From Hemiscyllium ocellatum (taxonomy: Eukaryota): a DNA stretch of 64,000 nucleotides. Positions within the stretch are counted from its first letter, which is position 1; each line of letters starts with the position of its first letter. A program made the translations under genes and the position numbers. The stretch spans positions 58,804,320-58,868,319 of the forward strand of contig NC_083412.1 of NCBI RefSeq assembly GCF_020745735.1. The letters run 5' to 3'. Positions 12,346 to 22,322 of the stretch are shown here, in pieces. Under the pieces are notes generated by a model. The model was not told the origin of the DNA and made no database searches. It saw only the letters and a program-made list of their open reading frames with translations.

Positions 12346-14005
12346 TCAGGAACGGGACTCTGTTGTTGGTGTGAATATTGAGTCACAAGTGATTAGAATG
12401 GATGGCCTTGAAGTATGTAGGGAGGAGGTTTTGGGAATACTGGAAAGGATGAAAATAGATAAGTCTCCTGGGCCTGATGGCATTTACCCTAGGATCCTCT
12501 GGGAAGCTAGGGAGGAGATAGCCGAGCCATTGGCCTTGATTTTTATGTCGTCATTGTCAACGGGAATAGTACCAGAAGACTGGAGGATAGCGAATGTGGT
12601 CCCCTTGTTCAAGAAGGGGAGTAGGGACAGCCCGAGTAACTATAGGCCAGTGAGTCTCACTTCTGTTGTGGGCAAAGTCTTAGAGAGAATTGTAAGGGAT
12701 AAGATTTATGAACATCTGGATAGGAATAATGTGATCAAGGATAGTCAGCATGGTTTTGAGAAGGGCAGGTCGTGCCTCACAAACCTTATTGAGTTCTTTG
12801 AGAAGGTGACTAAGGAGGTGGATGAGGGTAAAGCAGTAGATGTGGTGTATATGGATTTTAGCAAGGCGTTCGATAAGGTACCCCATGGTAGGCTAATGCA
12901 AAAACTACGGAGGTATGGCATTGAGGGTGCATTAGAGGTTTGGATTAGGAATTGGCTGGCTGGAAGGAGACAGAGGGTAGTAGTTGATGGACTAGGTTCA
13001 TCTTGGAGTGCAGTTACTAGCGGTGTACCACAGGGATCTGTTTTGGGACCGTTGCTGTTTGTCATCTTTATAAATGATCTAGAGGAGGGGCTTGAAAGCT
13101 GGGTGAGCAAGTTTGCGGATGACACAAAGGTCGGTGGAGTTGTGGACAGTGAAGAAGGATGTGGCAGGCTACAGTGGGATATAGATAGGTTGCAGAGCTG
13201 GGCAGAAAGGTGGCAGATGGAATTCAATGTAGCTAAGTGTGAAGTCATTCACTTTGGTAGGAGTAACAAGAAGATGGATTACTGGGCTAATGGTAGGCTA
13301 CTTGGTAGTGTGGATGAGCAGAGGGATCTTGGTGTCCATGTACACAGATCTCTGAAAGTTGCCACCCAGGTAAATAGTGCTGTGAGGAAGGCATATGGTG
13401 TACTGGGCTTTATTGGTAGAGGAATTGAATTCCGGAGTCCTGAGGTCATGTTGCAGTTGTATAAGACTCTGGTGCGGCCTCATCTGGAGTATTGTGTGCA
13501 GTTTTGGTCGCCATACTATAGGAAGGATGTGGAGGCATTGGAACTAGTGCAGAGGAGGTTTACCAGGATGTTGCCTGGCATGGTAGGAAGATCGTATGAG
13601 GAAAGGCTGAGGCACTTGGGCCTGTTCTCATTGGAGAAAAGAAGGTTTAGGGGAGATTTGATAGAGGTGTATAAGACTATTAGGGGTTTAGATAGGGTAG
13701 ACACTGAGAACCTTTTACCGCTAATGGAGTCAGCTGTTACTAGGGGACACAGCTTTAAATTAAGGGGTGGTAGGTATAGGACAGATGTTAGGGGTAGATT
13801 ATTTACACAGCGGGTTGTGAGTTCATGGAATGCCCTGCCAGTAGCAGTGGTGAACTCTCCCTCTTTATGGTCATTTAAGCAGGCATTGGATAGGCATATG
13901 GAAGTTATTGGGCTAGTGTAGGTTAGGTAGGATTTGGTCGGCGCAACATCGAGGGCCGAAGGGCCTGTACTGCGCTGTATTTTTCTATGTTCTATGTTCT
14001 ATGTT
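12346..14005 (+). mobile_element. Young 5'-truncated CR1 LINE with (ctatgtt)n tail
   Basis: Uninterrupted RT ORF, 3' UTR and tail ctatgttctatgttctatgtt; ttcac duplicated at 12341-12345 and 14004-14008. Confidence 0.97.
12371..13921 (+). CDS. CR1 ORF2 reverse transcriptase, C-terminal 516 aa, stop-free (start codon is an artefact of truncation)
   Basis: [72 protein letters not shown]. Confidence 0.93.
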   Translation: MNIESQVIRMDGLEVCREEVLGILERMKIDKSPGPDGIYPRILWEAREEIAEPLALIFMSSLSTGIVPEDWRIANVVPLFKKGSRDSPSNYRPVSLTSVVGKVLERIVRDKIYEHLDRNNVIKDSQHGFEKGRSCLTNLIEFFEKVTKEVDEGKAVDVVYMDFSKAFDKVPHGRLMQKLRRYGIEGALEVWIRNWLAGRRQRVVVDGLGSSWSAVTSGVPQGSVLGPLLFVIFINDLEEGLESWVSKFADDTKVGGVVDSEEGCGRLQWDIDRLQSWAERWQMEFNVAKCEVIHFGRSNKKMDYWANGRLLGSVDEQRDLGVHVHRSLKVATQVNSAVRKAYGVLGFIGRGIEFRSPEVMLQLYKTLVRPHLEYCVQFWSPYYRKDVEALELVQRRFTRMLPGMVGRSYEERLRHLGLFSLEKRRFRGDLIEVYKTIRGLDRVDTENLLPLMESAVTRGHSFKLRGGRYRTDVRGRLFTQRVVSSWNALPVAVVNSPSLWSFKQALDRHMEVIGLV

Positions 14006-14012
14006 CACCATG

Positions 14013-14525
14013 CTAGGTGTCATCATCAGTGACCCTCCGATGAAGCACTGGTGTTCTGTCCCGCTTTCTATTTGTGTGTCTTAATCTGTTGTGGTGGGTG
14101 AAAACATTTCTGTTTCTTTTTCTAAGAGGTTGGTTAATGTGGTCCAAATTGATGTGCTTATTAATGGAGTTCCAGTTTGAATGCCAGGCCTCTAAGAATT
14201 CCCATGCATGTATTTGTTTAGTCTGTCCCAGGAAGGATGTGTTGTCCCAGTCAAAGTGGTGTCCTCCTTTGTCTGTGTGTATGGATACTAGTGATAGTTG
14301 TCCATGTCTTTTGGTAGCTAGTTGGTGCTCATGTATCCTGGTGGCTAGGTTCCTGCCCGTCTGTCTAATGTAATGTTTGTTGCAGTCCTTGCAGGGTATT
14401 TTGTCTCTGATGTTCGTTCTGCTGATTGTTGGTATGGGGTCCTTTAAATTCATAAGGAGTTGTTTCAGTGTCATGGTAGGTTTGTGGGCTACCATGATGC
14501 CTAGGGACCAGAGTAGTCTGGTCAT
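14013..14525 (-). pseudogene. PLE GIY-YIG endonuclease domain (Poseidon-type), degenerate
   Basis: KIPCKDCNKHYIRQTGRNLATRIHEH...HHFDWDNT...EFLEAWHS. Confidence 0.85.
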
Positions 14526-15249
14526 TATTTTTGAGATGTCTTTAATGTATGGATGGGTGGCTATAGTTTCTGGGTGTATTGTGTTTTCTTGTTCAGGTCT
14601 GTTATGTAGGTATCAGTGGACTGAGCTTATCAGTTGTGCATTGTTCCTGAATACATTATACAAGTGTTTTTCCTCAGCTTCTCTTAGTTCCTGGGTGCTG
14701 GAATGTGTTGTGGCACATTTAAATAATACTCTGATACAACTCCATTTGTGGGTGTTGGGATGGTTGCTGGTATCTGGTCAGTGTGTGTGGCTTTCCTGTA
14801 GATGCTGGTCTGCAGCTCTCCATTGGCTTTTCGTTCTACTGTGACATCTAGTATCCATAAGAAGAGGGACACCAGTTCCACTGGGACAATACATCCATCC
14901 TGGGACAGGCTAAACAAAGACACGCACGGGAATTCCTAGAGGCCTGGCATTCAAACTGAAACTTCATTTACAGACACATTAATTTGGACCCCATTTATCA
15001 ACCTCTCAGAAAAAGAACCGGAAGTGATATCACACACCACAACAGACCAAGAAACATAAATAGCAAGTGGGCCAGAACACTAGTCCTTCATCAGAAGCAC
15101 GCTGATGATATTACCTAGCATGGTGATGAGATTTCTGAGAACAAATCTACCAGCTCAGCGAGCAAACTTGCAACCTGATTAGTTACTGTGTTGTTGACCT
15201 AGACCCCTTTTCTCCTTCTATTCCTGATGCGTTGCTGACTCTATCATTG

Positions 15250-15600
15250 TTTTTTTTTAAAAACTTACTCATTTACAGATGTGGACATTGTTGGCTCAGT
15301 CAGCATTTGTTAACCATTCCTAATTGCTCAGAGGGCAGTTAAGAGTCAACCACATTGCTGTGAGTCTGGAGTCACAAGTAGGCCAGATCAGGTAAGGAAA
15401 ACAGTTTCCTACCCTAAAGGACATTAATGAACTCTCCTCCAACAAGTATGTCATCGTCAGTTGAACCTAAATTCTAGATTTATATTGAATTCAAATTCCA
15501 CCATCTGCCATAGTCGGATTTGAACACAGGTCCCTAGAGCATTACCTAGGGCCTCTGGATTTATCATCTAATAATAAAGGCACTGCAGCATCACCTCCCC
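15250..15600 (-). mobile_element. Second tRNA-derived shark SINE family
   Basis: Reverse complement of the element at 45213-45960 (cagatggtggaatttgaattc; cctacatgtgactccagac); poly-T end at 15250. Confidence 0.75.
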
Positions 15601-15729
15601 TTCCTCCACACCTCATGTTGGCAATGTCTGTACCTTCTTGATTGTCAGAATGCTGCAAATCACCATCCTTTAGGATGGACATTTGGCCAATTAGTGGAGA
15701 GTAGAGGGGAGGTCCTCCAGAGGATAAAC

Positions 15730-16192
15730 GTAGAGATGTACATCACAGAAACAGACCCTTCAGCCTAACTCATTCATGCTGACCACATATCCTAAACTGA
15801 TCACGTCCCATTTGCCAACACTTGGCCCTTATCCCTCTAAGCCCTTCCTATTCATGTACCCATCCAGATGCTTTTAAATGTTGTAATTGCATCAGCCTTC
15901 ACCACTTCCTCTGGCAGCTCATTCCACACATGTACCACCCTCTTCATGAAAAAGCTGCCGTTCAGGTCCCTTTTGAATTTTTCCTGTCTCACCTTAAACC
16001 TATGCTCTCTAGTTCTGGACTCACCACCCCAGGGAAAGAACCTTGGCTATTCATCCTATCCATGCTCCTAATGATTTTATAAACCTCTATAAGGTCATCC
16101 CTCAACCTCCAACACTCCAGGGAAAATAGCTCCAGCCTATTCAGCCTCTCCGTATAGCTCAAACCCCTTGTAAATCTTTTCTGAACTGGTTG
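15730..16192 (-). mobile_element. CR1 3' fragment
   Basis: Minus-strand frame gives QKRFTRGLSYTERLNRLELFSLECWRLRDDLIEVYKI; standard 3' UTR. Confidence 0.9.
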
Positions 16193-16759
16193 TGTCAGCA
16201 TGCTGCTGGTCGGTCCATTCTTAGGCCCACATAAGTTGTATCTCAGATTCTTAATGTTTTGGTTAACCAACTGCTCACGTGCTTGGCTGCAGAGTGAAGT
16301 CATGAGGTGGTGGGAAAGTGTGGGTTGTGGGAGGCTCCTTTGTAAAGTGCTGATTATGCACACACAATGCTCCTGATTTGGGAAGTAACAGAAGGGATGC
16401 TTGTGGAAGACCATATCGGAATAAAATCTTCTGCGAGAGCGCTTTTTGACGTTCTCCTCTTTCTGCTGTGCACAACATGACTTCCTTGCTGCCTGTGCCT
16501 AGCGTCCTTCTTAGTTTATAGCTGATAGAGCTGGGGAAGGCCCTGGTGCAGCATCCAAGATGTGACAAACAAGCCTTCTTCATTGTGGGACCACTTTAAC
16601 AAACCCAGCAAACCATCAAGCCCATCCACCAACTCAGTCAGTCAGTAGAAATTAACCCAGCTTTGAAGGCAAAAGCTCTAGATACTTTTCAAACAGCTGT
16701 GGCAGGGGTCAGCCTTCCTGTTGTCACTCAGCTTTGCATGTTGAAGACACATTGAAGAG

Positions 16760-16840
16760 TGTGGTGCTGGAAAAGCCAATCAGGCAGCATCCAAGAAGCA
16801 GGAGAATTGACGTTTCAGGCACAAGCCCTTTATTAGGAAG
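16760..16840 (-). mobile_element. PLE pLTR relic with degenerate hammerhead
   Basis: gtggtgctggaaaagc...gacgtttcaggcacaagccctttattaggaa. Confidence 0.7.
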
Positions 16841-17477
16841 GTCCTCATCTTCCATCCCGCCAACCTCCATATATAAAATAGCCACTTCCACATTGGAGAC
16901 ATATTAGTGTTGTATGGGTTTATTATACTGTATGAGCTGCTGTGGATGATGAAGGTTGCTGCTACCGTCTAGTTTAAGTGTAGAGACATAGAAGGCCTAT
17001 GTGGTCGAATGCAGTAGAGCAAAACCACTTCCTGTTTCTTGAGAAGAGCCTCTTGTGGTTAACAAGACACAGTTAGCATGTTAGCACCTAGTAACATTGA
17101 CATGATAGACACTGTTATTGAGACTGAAGGGTATGAGTTGGTAGAATCACCCTTTTGAGATCCTCATCTATTCTCCAGAAATCCATACAACCACAACACA
17201 GCTGGTGATGCATTTGACATCCTCAGTATTATCCTTTTCAGAATACACACAACAGTTACCTGGGAAAACAAGGTTTTACATCAGAGATATATACTGGCAA
17301 ACACAACTAATTTACAAAATCAAAGCAATTATTAATAAGGAGGACAAGTGTGAAATAACGGGTGAGATGATCATTGTGATGGTAGAAATATTAAGATCCT
17401 GAAAAATGATAAATCTCAGGCCCACATAAATTGTATCTCAGATTCTTAAGTAAAGCAGCGGATGAAATTATGTGAGT

Positions 17478-17955
17478 AAAAAATGAGGTCTGCAGATGCT
17501 GGAGATCACAGCTGCAAATGTGTTGCTGGTCAAAGCACAGCAGGCCAGGCAGCATCTCAGGAATAGAGAATTCGACGTTTCGAGCATAAGCCCTTCATCA
17601 GGAATGAGAGAGAGTAGCCAAGCAGGCTAAGATAAAAGGTAGGGAGGAGGGACTAGGGGGAGGGGCGATGGAGGTGGGATAGGTGGAAGGAGGTCAAGGT
17701 GAGGGTGATAGGCCAGAGTGGGGTGGGGGCGGAGAGGTCAGGAAGAGGATTGCAGGTTAGGAGGGCGGTGCTGAGTTGAGGGAACCGACTGAGACAAGGT
17801 GGGGGGAGGGGAAATGAGGAAACTGGAGAAATCTGAATTCATACCTTGTGGTTGGAGGGTTCCCAGGTGGAAGATGAGGCGCTCCTCCTCCAGCCGTCGT
17901 GTTGTTATGTTCTGCCGGTGGAGGAGTCCAAGGACCTGCATGTCCTCGGTGGAGT
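17478..17955 (-). mobile_element. Penelope-like family B (Neptune-type) 3' end: endonuclease C-terminus plus pLTR
   Basis: ORF 17738-17962 RRLEEERLIFHLGTLQPQGMNSDFSSF; nearly identical to 33745-34380, indicating a young family. Confidence 0.93.
17570..17605 (-). ncRNA. Minimal type-I hammerhead ribozyme motif (intact core)
   Basis: Reverse complement: AUUC-CUGAUGA-A-GGGC-UUAU-GCUC-GAA-ACGU-C-GAAU; 4-bp stem I, 4-bp stem II, palindromic ACGU, GUC triplet. Confidence 0.8.
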
Positions 17956-18002
17956 TATGCACCTCCTACTCCATTTGGATACAGTGTGGCATCAGAAATC
18001 TG

Positions 18003-18216
18003 AGATAAAAATCACATAACACCAGGTTATATTCCAACAGGTTCATTTGGAAGTACAAGCTTTCAGAGTGCTTCTCCTTTGTCAGGTAGCGAGGAAGACT
18101 GGATCATAGGACACAGATTTCAACTCAAACAGCATACACGCTTGTTAGTCTAAGTGTGTCCAAGTAAGTCTAAGTCTAAGTTTGTCCACCCCAGTCCAAC
18201 ACTGGCACTTCCACAT
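18003..18216. mobile_element. PLE family A, inverted pLTR fragments
   Basis: Antisense pLTR followed by a sense terminus ccagtccaacactggcacttccacat; TSD catcagaaatctg / catcagaaaactg (17990-18002 and 18217-18229). Confidence 0.75.
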
Positions 18217-18389
18217 CATCAGAAAACTGGGCAGCTATCTTTGTATGATTGTTTAAAAATGTAGAAAAAGGCAGCCTGAGAAATTTCAGACCAATCAACC
18301 TAACCTTTGGTGCTGCATAAATTACTGCAAAACTTTCTGAGTCAACATACATCATTATTTAAAGAAGTATCAATTAATCAATGTTAATT

Positions 18390-19020
18390 GGAGACCAGGG
18401 AGAAGGCAGAGTAGTGGTTATGTCATTAGATTGGTAATTTGGTATTGGAATTTCAAATTCCCACACATCAGATGGTGAAATGAAAATGCAGTAATCAAAT
18501 TCAGTTTTCAAAATTAGAATTTAGAATTAGATTGTATTGTCATGTGTATTCAAGTACAGGGATACAGTGAAAAGTGTACAATACTGCCATTCCTGGCACC
18601 ATTTTAGGTACAATGGTGCCTAGGTACAAAATCTTAGGCAAAAAGTAGAACAATAAAGAAATAAAGTTAAAGTTCAACTTTGCAGTCCTTCTTGAGTGTT
18701 TGGCCATGCTAGGCTGGGCTTAATCTCCCCACGCTCAACGCTACGCAGTGGAGGAGGAAGAAGAGTTAAAAAAATCAAAGCGGAAGGAGGAGATAAGCTC
18801 CAGGCAGTGCTGTGCTACTGCTATTTATAAATCTAGTCTCAATAACATTGACTGGAATTATCTTATCTGGTTTATTTATGTCTTTCTTTGCTTCAGTGAA
18901 GAAATCTACCTGTACCTGACTCCAGATCAGCAATAATATGGCTAACTCTCTGACATGAGCTTAGTTCAAGGACAGTTAAGGATGGCTAAGAAATGTCAGT
19001 GATGCCAAGATTTCATTAAA
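18390..19020 (+). mobile_element. Second-family SINE, split by a Rex-like tail insertion
   Basis: 5' part at about 18390-18480 and 3' part at about 18850-19020 match the 45.2-46.0 kb SINE. Confidence 0.55.
18517..18830 (-). mobile_element. Rex1/Babar-like LINE 3' end (tentative)
   Basis: Reverse complement ends cacatgacaatacaatctaattctaa, the same tail type as 30010-30268. Confidence 0.5.
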
Positions 19021-19378
19021 TAATTTATTTTTCAAAATCAGCACAAATTTGTATGGAGAGTTGTGGCTGACCAACCTGATTTAATTTTTTGAGGATGGAA
19101 CAAGAAGGGCTGCTGAGGGTAGTGTACACGCAGTTTACAGGAATTTTAACTAAGTTTCAACATGGTATCTCCCACATGGTGGAGGGGATCAGAAAATCAA
19201 ATGATCCAAGCTAAAGTGATGACAGGAAGAAAAGTGTTCTGGCTCCTGAATGCTTCTGATGATTCTAGTGGCATTCCATAGGGCTCAATACTGGGCCCAT
19301 TACTATTCATGATATATATCGATTATTTTAATTTTAAAAGTAAAGGTAATGATTAAGAACCTTGGAGACAATAGAGAG

Positions 19379-19606
19379 GTGAAAATGTGTTGCTGGTTAA
19401 AGCACAGCAGGTCAGGCAGCATCCAAGGAACAGGAAATTCGACGTTTCAGGCCAGAGCCCTTCATCAGGATGAATTCCTGATGAAGGGCTCTGGCCCGAA
19501 ATGTCAAATGTCCTGTTCCTTGGATGCTGCCTGACCTGCTGTGCTTTAACCAGCAACACATTTTCAGCTCTGATCTCCAGCATCTGCAGACCTCATTTTT
19601 TACTCA
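19379..19606. mobile_element. Palindromic PLE pLTR mini-element (family D), two opposed hammerheads
   Basis: About 90-bp inverted arms around a 5-nt loop (tcagga-tgaat-tcctga); 11-bp TSD acaatagagag (19368-19378 and 19607-19617). Confidence 0.92.
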
Positions 19607-19657
19607 ACAATAGAGAGAGACAAAGTTGTAGACTGGTAGGAATACACCAATGGATTA

Positions 19658-19893
19658 AGTTAAAAAATCACACAACACCAGGTTATAGTCCAACAGGTTT
19701 AATTGGAAGCACACTAGCTTTCGGAGCGACACTCCTTTATCAGGTGGCAGTGATAGCTCTCCACTATCACCTGATGAAGGAGCATCGCTCCGAAAGCTAG
19801 TGTGCTTCCAATTAAACCTGTTGGACTATAACCTGGTGTTGTGTGATTTTAACTTTGTACACCCCAGTCCAACACCAGCATCTCCAAATCATG
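19658..19893. mobile_element. Palindromic PLE pLTR mini-element (family A), two opposed hammerheads
   Basis: Inverted arms at about 19659-19746 and 19768-19852; 12-bp TSD accaatggatta (19646-19657 and 19894-19905). Confidence 0.92.
19768..19802 (+). ncRNA. Minimal hammerhead ribozyme motif, AGCU-palindrome type (intact core)
   Basis: CAC-CUGAUGA-A-GGAGC-AUC-GCUCC-GAA-AGCU-A-GUG. Confidence 0.75.
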
Positions 19894-20009
19894 ACCAATG
19901 GATTAGTCAGGGAGCAGAAAAGTGGCATCTAGAATTGAATCTGAAAGCAACAATGGTTATGCATTTAGCACATAAGAATACAAAAATAAGAGCAGTAGCA
20001 GGCCGTTCA

Positions 20010-20930
20010 GTCCCTCAATCCTACCTCACCATTCTACAAGATCATATAAAACTGCACAGACCTCAATTCCTTTCTAGTGCTAACTCCGCATAACCTCAAC
20101 CAATAAATATTTCAAAAATCTATCAACTCTTTAAATATTTTCATTTATATAGGCTCTATACCACTCTGAGGTACAGGCTTCTGACATCACTACGCTCTGG
20201 TTGAACAAATTCTTATGTATCTGAGTTTTAAATGAATATCCCCTTATTCTGTAGTTATGTCGCTTAGTTCAAGACTCCCCACTAGTGGAAATGTCTTCTC
20301 AATATCTATCCTGTCAAGCCCCCTTAGAATCTTGTATGTTTCAGTAAGTTTATTATTTTTAGAGTCATTGAGTCATAGAGTTTGTGCAGTATGAAAAGAG
20401 GCCACTCAGCCCATCATATCCACATCAGTCATCAAACATCCATCTATTCTAATCCCATTTTCTAACGCTTGGCCCATAGCCTTGCCTTGTACAATGTTTC
20501 AAGTGATTATCCAAATAGTTCTTAAATGTTGTGAGGATTCCTGCCCCCGTCACCATTTCAGGCAGTGAATTATTAATACCCACAATGCACTGGGTGAAAA
20601 TGTCTTTTTTCTCAAATCCCAACTAAACACACTGCTCTTTACCTTTAAAGTGCCCCCCGTGGTTATTGACATTTCTACTAACATGAATGGTTTCACCTTA
20701 TTTACCTTGTCTATGCCCTTCAGAACTTCATACACCTTAATCAGAACACCCTCTCAACCATCTCTCTGCTAAGGAAAACAATCCCAAACTATCTAGTTTT
20801 TATTCATAGGTGATTTGCACAAGCCCACACAACATCCTGGTGAATTTCCTTCGCAGCCTCTCTAGTGCAATCACATCCTTCCAATAGTGTGGCAATCTAG
20901 CTATGGCCTAACGTTATATACAGCTCCATC
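20010..20930 (-). mobile_element. Two older CR1 3' fragments
   Basis: Tail gagtcattgagtcatagag at about 20.36 kb; minus-strand ORF 20550-20735 resembles the RT C-terminus. Confidence 0.7.
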
Positions 20931-20944
20931 ATAACCTCTTTGCT

Positions 20945-21420
20945 CTTGTTCTCTCTTAACCACTGTAGGGCATAGGCATCACTGGCTGGGTCAGCATCCA
21001 TTCCCCAGGCCTACTTGGTGTCTGGAAGGTGGTGGTGAGCTTTTTTCTTAAACCACTGCAATCTATTTGGTGAGGCACACACATAAATGCTGTTAGAGAG
21101 GTAATTTCAGGATATTGACCCAATGACACTGAAGGACATATGTTCAAGTGAGGATGGTTAGTGGCTTGGAGGGGAACATGCAGGTGATGGTCCCACATAC
21201 TTGCTGCCTTTGTCCTTCTGGATAGAAGTGATCAGGGGTTTGGAAGGTATCCAAGGAACCTTGATGAATTTCTGCAGCCCATCTTGTAGATGGTACACAC
21301 TGTTGCTACTGACCATTGATGGTGGAGGAAGTGAATATTTGTGGACGTGATGCTAATCAAGTGGGTCGCTTTGTCCTGATAATGTCAGGCCCTAAAGTGG
21401 ACCCATCCAGGAAAGTGGGG
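20945..21420 (-). mobile_element. LINE 3' UTR of a further family (clade unassigned)
   Basis: Repeat-like 3'-UTR sequence (gcatcactggctgggtcagcat...ggtggtggtgagc); recognised by resemblance only. Confidence 0.45.
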
Positions 21421-21479
21421 AGTATTCTACTACACTTTGTAATCAACGCCTTGACTAGCAATGGCAATTAATTACCTTA

Positions 21480-22310
21480 ACCACTGCATATAAGGATCTG
21501 TGAAGATGTACACATGTCCCTCTGATCTTTTGTACTTCATACCATTTAATGTGGGTTCCTTTGCATTGTTAGTCCTCACAACATATATTATTTTACACTT
21601 CTCAGGATTAAATTCATTTGCCATAATTCAGCCCATCCGACAAGTCCTGTGGTGTAAGGCTTTACTCTTCTCTGTGTACCACACCTCTAATCTTTGAAAC
21701 ATCTGCAAATTTACTGATCATACTTCCTACATTCATGTCTAGATCATTAATATTCTACAAAAAGAAAGGGACCCAGCACTGAAGCCTCTGGCATGACACT
21801 TCACAGGTTTCCAGTCACAAAAGACCTTCAACGTTACCCTCCGCCTCCTGTCACAAAGCTAATTTCAGATCCAATTTGCAAATTGCCCTGGATTATGCGA
21901 GCTCTTAGCTTCTTGACCAGTCTGCCATGCAAAACATTGACAAATGCCTCACTGAACTTCATCAACTGCAGACCCCTCATTTACACACCCAGACACCACC
22001 TTGCAAATTTCAATCAAATTTGTTCAATATTATCACTCCCTTATAAAGCCTTGATGACTTTCAAAACCTTGATTAATCCTTGCCTCCCCAAGTGGATATT
22101 AATTGTCACACAGACATTTCTCCAATAGTTTCCCTACCACAGCTATTAGACACACTGGCCTGTAGTTTTCTGATTTATCCCGACCACCCTCCTTGAAGGA
22201 CAATACCATATTAGCTATCCTCCAGTCCTCTGGCTACCCACAGAAGATTTAAAAGTGTATGTAGAACTGTCTCCAATCACCTCTTCTGCCTCCCACGGTA
22301 TCCTTCAATA
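21480..22310 (-). mobile_element. Old CR1 RT fragment
   Basis: Antisense remnants of the GVPQGSVLG and DFSKAF regions. Confidence 0.65.
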
Positions 22311-22322
22311 CACTTCACTAAG

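Larger units (their letters stand above)
12257..15178 (-). mobile_element. Penelope-like element (Poseidon-type, family E): minus-strand 3' half plus inverted pLTR (about 14859-15178), interrupted by a CR1
   Basis: RT-thumb motif LDVTVERKANGELQTSIYRKATHTDQ (ORF 14684-14923); GIY-YIG ORF 14013-14525; inverted copy of the same 3' end at 14.86-15.18 kb; putative 12-bp TSD ttggtcactgtg (12245-12256) and ttagttactgtg (15179-15190). Confidence 0.88.

Noticed and set aside
12680-13704. Several minus-strand ORFs overlapping the RT, and similar antisense ORFs at 23.5, 31.3, 41.3 and 59.8 kb
   Set aside because: These are antisense shadows of CR1 coding sequence.
16255-16700. Minus-strand 102-aa and 141-aa ORFs in unique-looking sequence
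   Set aside because: No recognisable motif or splice structure; the 141-aa ORF is a fusion with CR1 sequence.
19379-19893. Classical retrozyme (direct-repeat LTRs with tandem hammerheads) or miRNA hairpins
   Set aside because: The repeats are inverted, not direct, and derive from PLE pLTRs; there is no expression evidence for a miRNA call.
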